A stretch of DNA of 64,000 nucleotides, taken from an uncultured Dehalococcoidia bacterium (lineage in GTDB: Bacteria > Chloroflexota > Dehalococcoidia > Lucifugimonadales > UBA3495). The notes under the pieces were generated by a model. It was not told the origin of the DNA. It made no database searches and saw only the letters and a program-made list of their open reading frames with translations. Positions within the stretch are counted from its first letter, which is position 1, and each line of letters starts with the position of its first letter. Positions 10,304-19,998 of this stretch are shown piece after piece. A program made the translations under genes and the position numbers. The stretch is from contig CATMOE010000006.1 in NCBI GenBank assembly GCA_950072105.1, positions 1 through 64,000 of the forward strand, in the 5' to 3' direction.

Positions 10304-10606
10304 ATGTACATGGTCAGAAACGTCTGGAAGTGTGCCCGAGGAAAGGTGCCTGAGTGCTTGGAGGTTGTGAAGGGGGTTAGGGCTTCCTGGGCCAGCGATG
10401 GCAATACAACGGGTAAAATCTACTTGGATTATACAGACCGGATGGATACCATCGCATTTGAGATCGAAGTGGAAAGCCTAGATGAGTACTTTAATAATCA
10501 GCGTACCAATTACAACGAGCTATCCCCCGAGACTGTAGAGTCTGTCAGACTATTTAATATCAATACAGTAGAAGGCAGCCGCCAGATCTGGGAGGTCGTT
10601 CCGTAG
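10304..10606 (+). CDS. Small hypothetical protein, possibly NIPSNAP-like dimeric alpha+beta barrel
   Basis: GAGGAG RBS; alternating beta/alpha pattern (YMVRNVW...IAFEIEVESLDEY...SRQIWEVV). Confidence 0.6.
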   Translation: MYMVRNVWKCARGKVPECLEVVKGVRASWASDGNTTGKIYLDYTDRMDTIAFEIEVESLDEYFNNQRTNYNELSPETVESVRLFNINTVEGSRQIWEVVP

Positions 10607-10950
10607 AATATTTGCGATAGGCAGCGGGCCTTTAATGGAGCGGGTGCTATTCCGGCGGGAGATGCTGCGGGCGTAGGGGAGTTGTGATCAGAGACTAAAA
10701 CTATCTCTTGCTCGTCACGATCGGCCACGGGGTCCTTTGACCAATCGCTCGCCGCAGCACCGCTAACCCCTGTTTCGAGTGGAGATCACCTCTCCTTCGA
10801 TTACCCGCTACGACTTTGGCACAACCAAGTCCATCAACACACGCCTTCAGGTCGAGCCGCTGCCGATTCCATAGGCAAACAAGAAACGCGACTCTACTGA
10901 CTCGTGGTGTCCCCAAACATATCAGGGGCAGCCAACAGATCCAATCTCTT

Positions 10951-12210
10951 CTAAGGCCGGGACTCCGTGGGCAGGGGTAGGTTGGAGATTATTCCGTCGT
11001 CAGCCAGGGCCGCGATCTCTTCCCCAGACAATCCGGCGATCTCCCTCAGAATCTCCTCATTGTGCTCACCCAAAGCCGCTACACTGTGGATACCCATGGA
11101 AACGCCCGGCATTCGGAAGGGACGTCCGGCATATTTCCGGGGGCCGGCTTGAGGAGCGTTGACGTTTACAAATTCTTCTATGTATTCCCGCTCTTGGAGA
11201 TGAGGATTGGCCACCAGGTCCTCGGCCGTCAACACCGCGCCTGCGGAGACGCCATTTTCTTGAAGATGAATCATCAACTCTTGATCGTCTTGGATACTGG
11301 TCCATTCCGCTAGGTGCTCGCCCAGTTGGCGCCGGTGGGTCCAGCGGCCTTGGGCAGTGTCGAAGCGATGGTCGACCGCCCAGGCCGGGCCGCCCATGGC
11401 CTTGGTTAGGCGCCGCCATTCATCATCGGTGGACACCACGATGGTGATCCAACGGTCTTCGCCGCGACACGGGAAGACGTTGTGGGGCGACTTCCACAGA
11501 TGTCCGCATCCGAGACGGGGACGAGAGATGCCCCTTTGCGTTTCCAGGATAGCCGGGCCGATGGCCGACACGCCGGTTTCCTGCATGGTGAGGTCGATTC
11601 GCATGCCTTTGCCGGTCTTGTTTCGTTGGTACAGCGCCAGCAGCAGGGCGTAGGCTACGTTGTTGCCCACCGAGTGATCCATGTAGTTATTGCTGGCCCG
11701 CCGCGATGGGCCGTCTTCATAGCCAGTCAGATAGGACATCCCGCAGGAGGCATCGACGGTACGGGCCCGGGATCCGGCCCTGCTCCACGAGCCAGTGTAT
11801 CCGAAGGCGGTGGAGCTCAAGGTGATGATCCTGGGATTCAGCTTGCTCAGGCTCTCATGGTCGAAGCCGTACCGTGCCATGGTGCCGGGGCGGAAGTTAT
11901 CCGTCACGATGTCGCATTCCTGAGCCAGCTTGAGGAAAACTTCTTTACCCCGGGGATCGGCCACTTCCAGACAAAGGCTCTGCTTATTCCGGGCGCCAAA
12001 GTAGGCCAGGTTTCCACCCTCGTTCCACCATTCTTCGCTGGACTGCCCGCCGGGGAAAGGGCCGGACTTACGGTCCTGCAGGTGGACCACGCTTTCCACG
12101 CGGATGACCTGGGCGCCCAGATCCGCTAAGAAAGACGTCCCCCAAGGCAGGGCGTGCACCTGCTCTAAAGTGAGAACGCGCACACCCTCGAGAATACGAT
12201 TTTCCGGCAT
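10951..12210 (-). CDS. Family III CoA-transferase
   Basis: LEGVRVL, LADLGAQVIRVES, RNKQS, NFRPG, catalytic-region YMD, LGEHN. Confidence 0.9.
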   Translation of the reverse strand: MPENRILEGVRVLTLEQVHALPWGTSFLADLGAQVIRVESVVHLQDRKSGPFPGGQSSEEWWNEGGNLAYFGARNKQSLCLEVADPRGKEVFLKLAQECDIVTDNFRPGTMARYGFDHESLSKLNPRIITLSSTAFGYTGSWSRAGSRARTVDASCGMSYLTGYEDGPSRRASNNYMDHSVGNNVAYALLLALYQRNKTGKGMRIDLTMQETGVSAIGPAILETQRGISRPRLGCGHLWKSPHNVFPCRGEDRWITIVVSTDDEWRRLTKAMGGPAWAVDHRFDTAQGRWTHRRQLGEHLAEWTSIQDDQELMIHLQENGVSAGAVLTAEDLVANPHLQEREYIEEFVNVNAPQAGPRKYAGRPFRMPGVSMGIHSVAALGEHNEEILREIAGLSGEEIAALADDGIISNLPLPTESRP

Positions 12211-12268
12211 AAAACTCTTCCGTATCCGGGCCGGCCAAACTGCCACCCGAAGTTGATCTGTATCGGCG

Positions 12269-13588
12269 CTAACTGGGGTGCTTGGAGAACATGATCCAGC
12301 CGCCGCTGCTAGGGGTGACAAAGGCCGCCAGCGCCGTTTCAGCGCGTACCGTGACCTGCCTAGGGCCGGCGGTCCCCCGAAGCTGTTGGATACTGTCGGT
12401 GTACATGGCGGTGCGGGTACGGCCGTTCCCCAGGTTACCACCACTGGAGCTAAAGGGATGGGGACCCTCGACCCTGATGTCATCGGCATAGAAGGCGAAG
12501 GCGTCGCCCCGCTTCACGCCGTGCCATTGGAATGCCTCCAGATAAAACTGGGTCATCGTCGCATAACCGTCATACGGGTTGAAGATGTCCACGTCCGCCG
12601 GTCCGAGCCCAGCGCCCTCGTACATCCTTTTAGCCGCCCGGTCGGTCCAATCTTCAATCTCATTCAGGTCCGACTGAGTTGTCCGGGTAGGAAAGTTATG
12701 TTGTGAGTGGTTGAGCACGTAAACCGGGGGCTGCTTCATATCCCGGGCACGCTCGGCGGTGGTGAACAGGTAGGCCGCCGATGCGTTGACCGGCCGGTCA
12801 CAATCCCACAACCGCAGGGGATTCAGGATGTACCGCGACGTCACGTAGTCCTCAACGGTAAGTTGTTCCAGCCCGTGGCTGGCGTTGTAGCCCCACGGAG
12901 TCAGCAATCCATTCCGGTGCTGGTTGATCACGAAGGGAGCCAGATCATCGTGGGTGCCCCCGTATTTGAGGCAATACTGGTTGTGGGGGAAGATGTTGAT
13001 GAAGTCGTTGCCGCCGTGGTTGCCCCAAGGCGCCACCCATTGCCGAGCGCCCTTCGCGTAGTCGTCGGCATTCTCTCCCCCACGGCGGTACCTGCCTTCC
13101 AGATTGCCCGTGGGGTAGATCACCAGACAGGTATTGCATTTTCCGTCGGCGATGGCTTGCGAGGCCATGCCCACCATCTCGCCGATTGTCGGCACTCCGG
13201 TGGGAGCGAATCTGACGTTGGGCAACTCCATCACTTTGGCCAGCCATTCACCGTTGATCAATGTAAGCCCCAATTCCGAGTCGTAAGGCGGGTCAAAGTA
13301 GGGACGCGGCGCCCAGTTGGACGCGGTACCCCCACTGCCGCCGGCGATGTGGCTGTCGCAGCAGATGATTCCGTCGATCTGGTCGGGGGTTACTCCCGCG
13401 TCCTCCATGGCAAGTCTGCAGGCCAGGATGGTGTATGCGCCCAAGGATTGATCCATGGATCTCTCATCCCAGCGCCGGTCAACGGGGGAGTGACCGTATC
13501 CGGCCACCGCGACCTTGCCCCGGTGGTCCCACACCCCTAGCCCGTCCTTATCTCTTCGCCACTGATACTGGTTTTGCGTAGCCATCAT
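12269..13588 (-). CDS. Thiolase-fold protein (SCP-x/Ltp2-like)
   Basis: KVAVAGYG, PLRLWDCD, YDGY, SSGGNLG and QQLRGTAGPRQV motifs; downstream of a DUF35 gene. Confidence 0.85.
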   Translation of the reverse strand: MMATQNQYQWRRDKDGLGVWDHRGKVAVAGYGHSPVDRRWDERSMDQSLGAYTILACRLAMEDAGVTPDQIDGIICCDSHIAGGSGGTASNWAPRPYFDPPYDSELGLTLINGEWLAKVMELPNVRFAPTGVPTIGEMVGMASQAIADGKCNTCLVIYPTGNLEGRYRRGGENADDYAKGARQWVAPWGNHGGNDFINIFPHNQYCLKYGGTHDDLAPFVINQHRNGLLTPWGYNASHGLEQLTVEDYVTSRYILNPLRLWDCDRPVNASAAYLFTTAERARDMKQPPVYVLNHSQHNFPTRTTQSDLNEIEDWTDRAAKRMYEGAGLGPADVDIFNPYDGYATMTQFYLEAFQWHGVKRGDAFAFYADDIRVEGPHPFSSSGGNLGNGRTRTAMYTDSIQQLRGTAGPRQVTVRAETALAAFVTPSSGGWIMFSKHPS

Positions 13589-13640
13589 TCACCTATTTTT
13601 TTGATGATAAATAATAATGCCGTTTGAGATCACTGAACAA

Positions 13641-14051
13641 TCAGCCGACGACCTTCCATTCGTGGATCAGTTGGTCCGGCGCGACCTCTTCAAACATAAC
13701 CTCGACAGCTGACCCTACCGGGACCTCGTAGGGAGGGACTCCAGGAAGGTTGGAGTAAAAATTGACGCTGGTATCTTCGTCCAACGTGATCAACGCCAGA
13801 TTGTAAGGCTGATCGGGCATACGGCGGTTCAGACGCCCGTCCTCAATCACGATGTAGGTCGAGATATGGCCTTTGCCTTCCACATCTTTCCACTCCAGCT
13901 TTTCACCAGAGCCACAGAACTGGCATGCCGGTTTCGGCGGGTATTGGAGCCTTTCACAAGCGGCGCAATGTTGCAGGATCAACCGTTTGTCATTAACGCC
14001 GTCCCAAAAAGTCTTGCTCAACTCGTCGGCGACTGGGATTATCTTGGGCAT
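13641..14051 (-). CDS. DUF35 Zn-ribbon/OB-fold protein (ChsH2-like)
   Basis: FWDG..LQHCAAC..PP..ACQFCGS Zn ribbon followed by an OB fold. Confidence 0.9.
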   Translation of the reverse strand: MPKIIPVADELSKTFWDGVNDKRLILQHCAACERLQYPPKPACQFCGSGEKLEWKDVEGKGHISTYIVIEDGRLNRRMPDQPYNLALITLDEDTSVNFYSNLPGVPPYEVPVGSAVEVMFEEVAPDQLIHEWKVVG

Positions 14052-14171
14052 ATTTCCTCACATATCTCTTCGTTGACCGTCAACAAATAACCCGCGCCTG
14101 TGAATCGGACAGTGGGTCACCGCAGGAATAGTAACTCTGAGTCTCTTTCCTGTCTACCATATGGTTCGCGG

Positions 14172-15401
14172 CTAAAGAATCACCTTCTTGTCTTTTAGAA
14201 CCACGATGTCATCCCAGGAGTAACCCAGCAGGCCAATGATGGTCTCCTCCGTGTTCTCTCCCAGAGCCGGGGCCATTTTCCTCGTAGACAGGGGCGTCTT
14301 GCTATAAGTGACTGGCGTTTGCAGCCAATTCGAAGGCCCTATGGCCGGGTGGTCGAACTCGACGATGTAGTCGTTCGCCACAACCTGGGGGTCCTTTGGC
14401 AGGTCCAAGTTGCGCTGCACCCGCTCCCAAATGATGTCGTCGTTCCCCTGGAGAGACTCCTCCCATTCGCCGCTTGTTCTAGAGAGGAAGAGGGCGTCGA
14501 GAAGATCGACCAGTTCTTCCCGGTTCTGGTAACGGTTCTCAGGGGTATCGAACCTGGAATCATCGATCAGATCGGGCCTTTCCACGGCACGGCAGAATGG
14601 CGGCCAATACCGGTCCTGGCCCATGGAAAAAGCTATCCAACGGCCGTCGCCACACCGGTAGTAGTTCCATAACACGTTGCCCGGACTATTTCGGTCGAAT
14701 CGCTGGTATTCTCTATCAACCAGTAAAGAGATCTGGTTCTGCATCCCCCTGGCCCAGATCATGCTGCCCAGATGCGAGACATCTACCTTCTGGCCGAATC
14801 CGAACCGCTCTCTGGCCACAATAGCTCCGATGATGCCGTAAGACAGCATCACAGCGGCGCTTTGGTCCGCGATGTCCAGCTGATGGGGTGTATCGTCGGG
14901 TGGCCCGATCCACCATAGGGCCCCCGCCCTGGCCTCAGCGGTTAACGCGAATGCCGGCTTGCCTGAGTCGGGGCCTTCCGGTCCGTATCCCGAAGCCGAA
15001 GCGTAGATAATCTTCTCGTTGTGCTTGACCAAGTCTTCATAACCCAGTCCCAAACGTTCGGCTACACCCTTCCTGAAATTCTCCACGAAGATATCGGACT
15101 TGGCCGCCAGCTTGTACATTATCTCCACCCCTTCCGGGGTTTTGAGGTTTAGCGAGATACCCAGCTTCTGCCGGTTCAGCCCCTCGAAAAAAGCGCTGGC
15201 CCCGTTGGAGAGGGTTGAGTCCAAGCCCACCGAACGGCCGACATTCCGCCCGTGATCGCCATCCAGCGATTCCACTTTGATGACTTCCGCGCCCATATCG
15301 GCCAGCATCATCGTTGAGACCGGACCAAACTGCCACATGGTCCAATCGATCACCCGCAGCCCGTCCAAAGGTCCCTTGGTGCCGTCGGGTTGGTCGCTCA
15401 T
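14172..15401 (-). CDS. Family III CoA-transferase
   Basis: GPLDGLRVID, LADMGAEVIKVE, ENFRKG, IAD and APALGEN motifs. Confidence 0.9.
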   Translation of the reverse strand: MSDQPDGTKGPLDGLRVIDWTMWQFGPVSTMMLADMGAEVIKVESLDGDHGRNVGRSVGLDSTLSNGASAFFEGLNRQKLGISLNLKTPEGVEIMYKLAAKSDIFVENFRKGVAERLGLGYEDLVKHNEKIIYASASGYGPEGPDSGKPAFALTAEARAGALWWIGPPDDTPHQLDIADQSAAVMLSYGIIGAIVARERFGFGQKVDVSHLGSMIWARGMQNQISLLVDREYQRFDRNSPGNVLWNYYRCGDGRWIAFSMGQDRYWPPFCRAVERPDLIDDSRFDTPENRYQNREELVDLLDALFLSRTSGEWEESLQGNDDIIWERVQRNLDLPKDPQVVANDYIVEFDHPAIGPSNWLQTPVTYSKTPLSTRKMAPALGENTEETIIGLLGYSWDDIVVLKDKKVIL

Positions 15402-15672
15402 AATCATCTCCTCTTCCCGGTTGCGCCTCTGTCAATTCGATCGCTACTCACGTTACCAAAAAATCAACTTCTCCGGTAACCGATAATTCTTTTAAGCCAT
15501 CCGGACCTAATCTTCAGCAGCCGGGATTCGTCCGGTTGTCTGGTAAGATACGTCTGCCCGCCACCGATCGCGCGCCGGATGGACCTGGGCACAGAGTCCC
15601 AAACCGCCATACCAGGACAGAAATGGTCACTTCCCCGGGGAGTGGCCCGCCTAACGGCTGAGGAGTTTTACC

Positions 15673-16011
15673 GTGGCAGTAGACGAGATGCAAGAACGCA
15701 TCGAGGCTTTGGAAAACAGAGTAGTGGATTTGGAGTCTAAACTCTACCAGAGGAACAAGGATGCCGCGTATGTGTTCATACACTCTAATTGGCACCTGAT
15801 ACGCTGGTACTTGAACCGGCAGAGAGACATCAACGGTGAAGGCTCAGACATATACGTCCGGGCGGCGAATGCCGAAAGGCTTATCGAATGGGAGTTATCC
15901 CGCAACTTGAGGGCGATCTATTTCGAGGACGACCCCATGGCCGTCGCCTACCGGTGGCGCATCGAAGCGACCGCCATCCTGCAGAAGAATGGCTACACTT
16001 TCTTCGACTAA
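15673..16011 (+). CDS. Hypothetical protein with short N-terminal coiled coil
   Basis: GAGGAG RBS, GTG start, plausible protein composition. Confidence 0.7.
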   Translation: MAVDEMQERIEALENRVVDLESKLYQRNKDAAYVFIHSNWHLIRWYLNRQRDINGEGSDIYVRAANAERLIEWELSRNLRAIYFEDDPMAVAYRWRIEATAILQKNGYTFFD

Positions 16012-16299
16012 GTGGGGCGTAAGTTTTGGCTATCTAAGGATGTCCGCCAAGTTGACCCTGTAGCTACGTTCCTGTACGATAGGCACGGTCTACAACCCCG
16101 GCGAATCGGGCACACCAGCTGAACTAGTAACGTCGACGGGACTGCGGGACAATACGGGGATCAGTAACGGCGCGGTGCTTATTCGTCAGTATTCTCCGGC
16201 AATCATACCGTCTCCTAAGCTGCAAAACCGTTGAGATAGCGCCCCAGATCTCAGGAGCCGATACCCGGAAAACACATCCAGAGTGGAGGTGGCCTGCGG

Positions 16300-17007
16300 A
16301 TGGAAGAAACCCCGCAGCGCGTATTGGTAGTTACTCCCCATCCCGACGATGCCGAATTCTGGGCCGGCGGGACGATAGCCCGATGGGCTAAAGAAGGCGC
16401 CACGGTTCACTACGTCCTATGCACCGACGGTGATAAAGGCACCAGCGACCGTGAAGTCAGCGCCCAGGACCTAGGGGCCCAGCGAGAGCAAGAACAGCGG
16501 GATGCCGCGGCCGTGTTGGGCGCGGAAACAGTTGTCGCGTTACACCACCTGGACGGCGAACTAGAGGACACCAGCGAGTTTCGCAAAGAATTGGTCAGGC
16601 AGATCCGTCTGGTCCGGCCTGACGTTGTATTGTGTCCCGAGCCATACCGCAAGAACCTGGCATGGCACCGGGACCACCGAATCTCCGGACAAGTTGCTCT
16701 GGATGCGGTATTCCCATGCGCCAGGGACCATCTTCATTTCAAAGAACTCTGGCAGGACGAAGGGCTTGAGCCCCACAAAACCGGTACGGTACTATTTTGG
16801 GGCACCGAGCAAGCGGATACGTTCATCGATATCGAACCTTACCTAGACATCAAGGTCGACTCGGTGATGGCGCATCGCAGCCAGATGAGCGGCAGGGCGG
16901 TGGAAGATGTCAAGGAATTTATCAAAGACTGGTCCAGTAAGGCCGTGGCCGATCAGGAAATCACCTACGGCGAAGCCTTCCGCAAAGTGACATTCCGCAC
17001 GACCTAG
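16300..17007 (+). CDS. PIG-L/LmbE family deacetylase
   Basis: PHPDDAE, TDGDKG, HRDH and HRSQ motifs. Confidence 0.92.
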   Translation: MEETPQRVLVVTPHPDDAEFWAGGTIARWAKEGATVHYVLCTDGDKGTSDREVSAQDLGAQREQEQRDAAAVLGAETVVALHHLDGELEDTSEFRKELVRQIRLVRPDVVLCPEPYRKNLAWHRDHRISGQVALDAVFPCARDHLHFKELWQDEGLEPHKTGTVLFWGTEQADTFIDIEPYLDIKVDSVMAHRSQMSGRAVEDVKEFIKDWSSKAVADQEITYGEAFRKVTFRTT

Positions 17008-17030
17008 TAGACGCCACCGAGCCTGATCCT

Positions 17031-17129
17031 CTAGCTAGCCGAATCCCCTGTCTCCGTCAACATGACCTGCCGCAGTGGAAGCATCGGACGAGCGCCGTAC
17101 GACAGCAGCCGGTCGTGGAGCCCCGTCAG
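17031..17129 (-). pseudogene. Decayed copy of the DUF885 gene 3' end (distal copy)
   Basis: Translates LTGLHDRLLSYGARPMLPLRQVMLTETGDSAS*, colinear with the tail of 19999..21660. Confidence 0.85.
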
Positions 17130-17232
17130 TGATCAGTCTGGGTGGCAGGTTCGGGTGAACAGGTAGTACCGCCTGGTCCGGGTTGGCTAGGTCTACAGGT
17201 ACTGACCCCGGGGCTGTCCAACATCTACGCGG

Positions 17233-17718
17233 TCACTCCCGATAATTCACGAACTGTACGGGTTGCTGGTTCTCCATTGCTTTGATCAGTGACATCGTAG
17301 CCTGCAGGTCGTCCTTCTTCTTGCCCGAGACACGGAGTTCCTGGCCCTGGATCGTCACCTGGACTTTCATCTTGGTGCGCTTCACTTCTTTGCTGATCAG
17401 CCTACCCAGGTCACCGTCGATTCCCTGCTTGATGGACACCGTCTCCCTCAAAACGCCGCCCCCAGCGTTTTGGGGTGTACCGAAGTCCAAGGCCCCCAAC
17501 TCTACCTTGCGCTTGGCCAGGTACAAACGCAGGAGCTCTACCACCTGTTCCATCTTCATGTTGTTGTCGGCGATCAACGTCATCGTATTTTCCGAGCGGG
17601 ACACGGAACACTTGGTGTTGGCCAGGTCGAACCGCTGCTTAATCTCACGTTCGACGCCGTGGATGGCGTTATCGACTTCCATAAGATCGGTCCGGGAGAC
17701 TACATCGAATGATGGCAT
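17233..17718 (-). CDS. yajQ: YajQ family nucleotide/c-di-GMP-binding protein
   Basis: MPSFDVVS, QRFD, KQGI, IQG..LRVSGKKKDDLQ and QFVNYR motifs. Confidence 0.95.
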   Translation of the reverse strand: MPSFDVVSRTDLMEVDNAIHGVEREIKQRFDLANTKCSVSRSENTMTLIADNNMKMEQVVELLRLYLAKRKVELGALDFGTPQNAGGGVLRETVSIKQGIDGDLGRLISKEVKRTKMKVQVTIQGQELRVSGKKKDDLQATMSLIKAMENQQPVQFVNYRE

Positions 17719-17996
17719 TGCGGGATGACTCCTTCAGATTTCTGTTTCTGGGATGTCGGGGCGAAGGCCCCTCTAGATACCGCGCTTGGGGTACAGCTAG
17801 AACGCAAACTCAAGCCAAACAAGCGATCGCTGCTCACAAAGGGAAACGTAAAGACGGTACCCATAAAAAATTTACATCGCATAGAACCCTCGATGATGCA
17901 CCGAAATCTTTGTTGGCCGGAATTATTATATCTTGAAAGAGACTCGATCTGTCCGTGTCTAGGACAAGAGCTTTCTATTGTCATGGCAATTCGTTG

Positions 17997-18162
17997 CTAA
18001 ATAACCAACCTCCCTAGCTCCGTCAGCATGACTTGCCGCAGCAGATGCACTGGTGGAGCGCCGTAGGACAGCAACCGGTCGTGGAACCCCTTTACAAAGA
18101 GTAAGCGGCGCGTGCTCCCTACGGGAATCTTCCTTTAACTTAAAGTTCATCAGCTTGCCCAG
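17997..18162 (-). pseudogene. Decayed copy of the DUF885 gene 3' end (proximal copy)
   Basis: LGKLMNFKLKEDSRRE, then a frameshift, then KGFHDRLLSYGAPPVHLLRQVMLTELGRLVI*. Confidence 0.88.
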
Positions 18163-18217
18163 GCATTGGCTCCGTTAGTAATGTGATTCAAAAAACATGA
18201 GGCGCTTCTATTCATCC

Positions 18218-19504
18218 TTAAGTTGTTGATACCCCGCTGGCAGATGGGTGGGCAAACAAAATACTTATCAGCGAAAGCACCGGCAGGCTGATCATCACTA
18301 GCAATCCAAACGTGTAGGAACCCGTCGCGTCGTGAAGCAGGGCCAACGGGAATGGCCCGACTGCCGACCCGCAGATGCCTATCGTCATAGCTGGGCCTAG
18401 AATACGCCCCAATCTGTGGCGGCCATAGTAATGTGCCCAGATGACCCCTTGCACTATCTGTTGGGCGCCATTTGCCACACCCATGATGATTACATACAGC
18501 ACGGCAACGAAGACCGAGTTCATGACCACCGCTAACAATAAAGAAACCAACAACATCCACATGGAAAATCCATAAAGAAGCTTCGGACTGAACCGCTCGA
18601 CAACGAAGCCGCCAATCACCGAAGTAAACGCCGCGGACACCGAGAATATCACGAACACTCCCGCTGCCAGAGTCGCGGTAAGACCTGCTTCTTTGAAAAT
18701 GGAAGTCTGGTGAAAGACCAAAGCCGTGGAAACCATGCCCGGAGCAGCCATGGGAAGGGCCAAAAGCCAAAAATGAAGGGACCGTAAGACCGGAGTCTCC
18801 AATCCGGACGAGACGTCCTGAGAAACGCTCTCCGCTTGCCGACCGGGATCGACATATGGTTGACCCCTTCCGTCCGGTGATAGGCCCATGTCCTCGGGGC
18901 GATTGCGGATGACCAGAAGCGAAACGGGAACGATTAATGACATTACGATTATTCCCAGAACTGCGTATGCCTGGCGCCACCCCAGGCTGTCTATCAGGGC
19001 CCTTGTCATTGGCGGGAACATGGCAGTGGATAAAACAGCGCCCAATCCCATGAAGGCTATTGCCCGGCCTCGGTAGGCCACGAACCATTGGTTGACCAGC
19101 AAGACCGCATTGATATTCAAGGAGCCTTGGCCCAAAGCGCGAAGGCTGGCGAAAACCACGTATAGCAGCAAGATATTGGTGGCGAAGGCCATGCCAAAGC
19201 AAGCGGCTGCAAACGCAAATCCGATGGCAACTAGCATCATCCGCGGGCCAACACGGTCCACCATGCGGCTGACTATCCATACCATGGCAGCGCTTACACC
19301 GGTGCTCAGCATGTAGAGGGCGGAGATGCCGGACCTGGACAAACCGGTGTCGGAAATTATCGAGTCTATAAAGATGGAGAATACGTAAGACTGGCCCGGT
19401 CCGCTGCTAAACACCACCACGGCAGCTGCACCTACGACATACCATCCGTAGAAGAACTGATGGGGGTCCCCGGCCTTATGTTGTGGCGAAGTGTTGATGT
19501 TCAG
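18218..19504 (-). CDS. MFS transporter; start uncertain
   Basis: About 12 TM segments, DRVGPR motif, QWFVAYRGRA. The frame extends upstream of GTG 19420 through FFYGWYVV; CTG at 19504 is a tentative start. Confidence 0.85.
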   Translation of the reverse strand: MNINTSPQHKAGDPHQFFYGWYVVGAAAVVVFSSGPGQSYVFSIFIDSIISDTGLSRSGISALYMLSTGVSAAMVWIVSRMVDRVGPRMMLVAIGFAFAAACFGMAFATNILLLYVVFASLRALGQGSLNINAVLLVNQWFVAYRGRAIAFMGLGAVLSTAMFPPMTRALIDSLGWRQAYAVLGIIVMSLIVPVSLLVIRNRPEDMGLSPDGRGQPYVDPGRQAESVSQDVSSGLETPVLRSLHFWLLALPMAAPGMVSTALVFHQTSIFKEAGLTATLAAGVFVIFSVSAAFTSVIGGFVVERFSPKLLYGFSMWMLLVSLLLAVVMNSVFVAVLYVIIMGVANGAQQIVQGVIWAHYYGRHRLGRILGPAMTIGICGSAVGPFPLALLHDATGSYTFGLLVMISLPVLSLISILFAHPSASGVSTT

Positions 19505-19531
19505 CGGTCCGTTGGTTGATTGGTTGCCAAA

Positions 19532-19933
19532 CTACTTTGCGCTGATCTGCTGCTGGAAATCATGGATGGCCCACCGTTCAACTATCTTCCCATCAGAGAC
19601 GCGAAACATCTCCCATATTGTGAAAGTGACCAGTTTCCCAGTTGGGGGAACAGGGGCGCCCTGGACTTCACCTGTGTACGTGCCTTGCACGGTCCGGCGC
19701 ACCACTACTTTTTCCCCTTCGGCGATGACGTCGTCAATGGTAGTCCGCCAGTCCGGGAAGGCTACGAAGAATTCCGCTGTTTCTAGCGCCGTGTACTCAC
19801 GGCCTACAACGCCAAGTCGGGGGCTGTGATTGGCATAATCCGGGGCGAATAATTCGTCGATGATGGCCAAATTCCGTGCATTCAATCCATCCTCTAACCA
19901 GCGGCGCACGATAGCTTTGTTTTCCTCCGACAT
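19532..19933 (-). CDS. SnoaL-like ester cyclase family protein
   Basis: MSEENKAIVRR, AFPD, IAEGEKVVVR and DGKIVERW motifs. Confidence 0.9.
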   Translation of the reverse strand: MSEENKAIVRRWLEDGLNARNLAIIDELFAPDYANHSPRLGVVGREYTALETAEFFVAFPDWRTTIDDVIAEGEKVVVRRTVQGTYTGEVQGAPVPPTGKLVTFTIWEMFRVSDGKIVERWAIHDFQQQISAK

Positions 19934-19998
19934 GAATCGCCTCCCTTGTGTGGATTCCTCCGAACCAGGACTATACCTAATCTACATCGAAGACCGGG

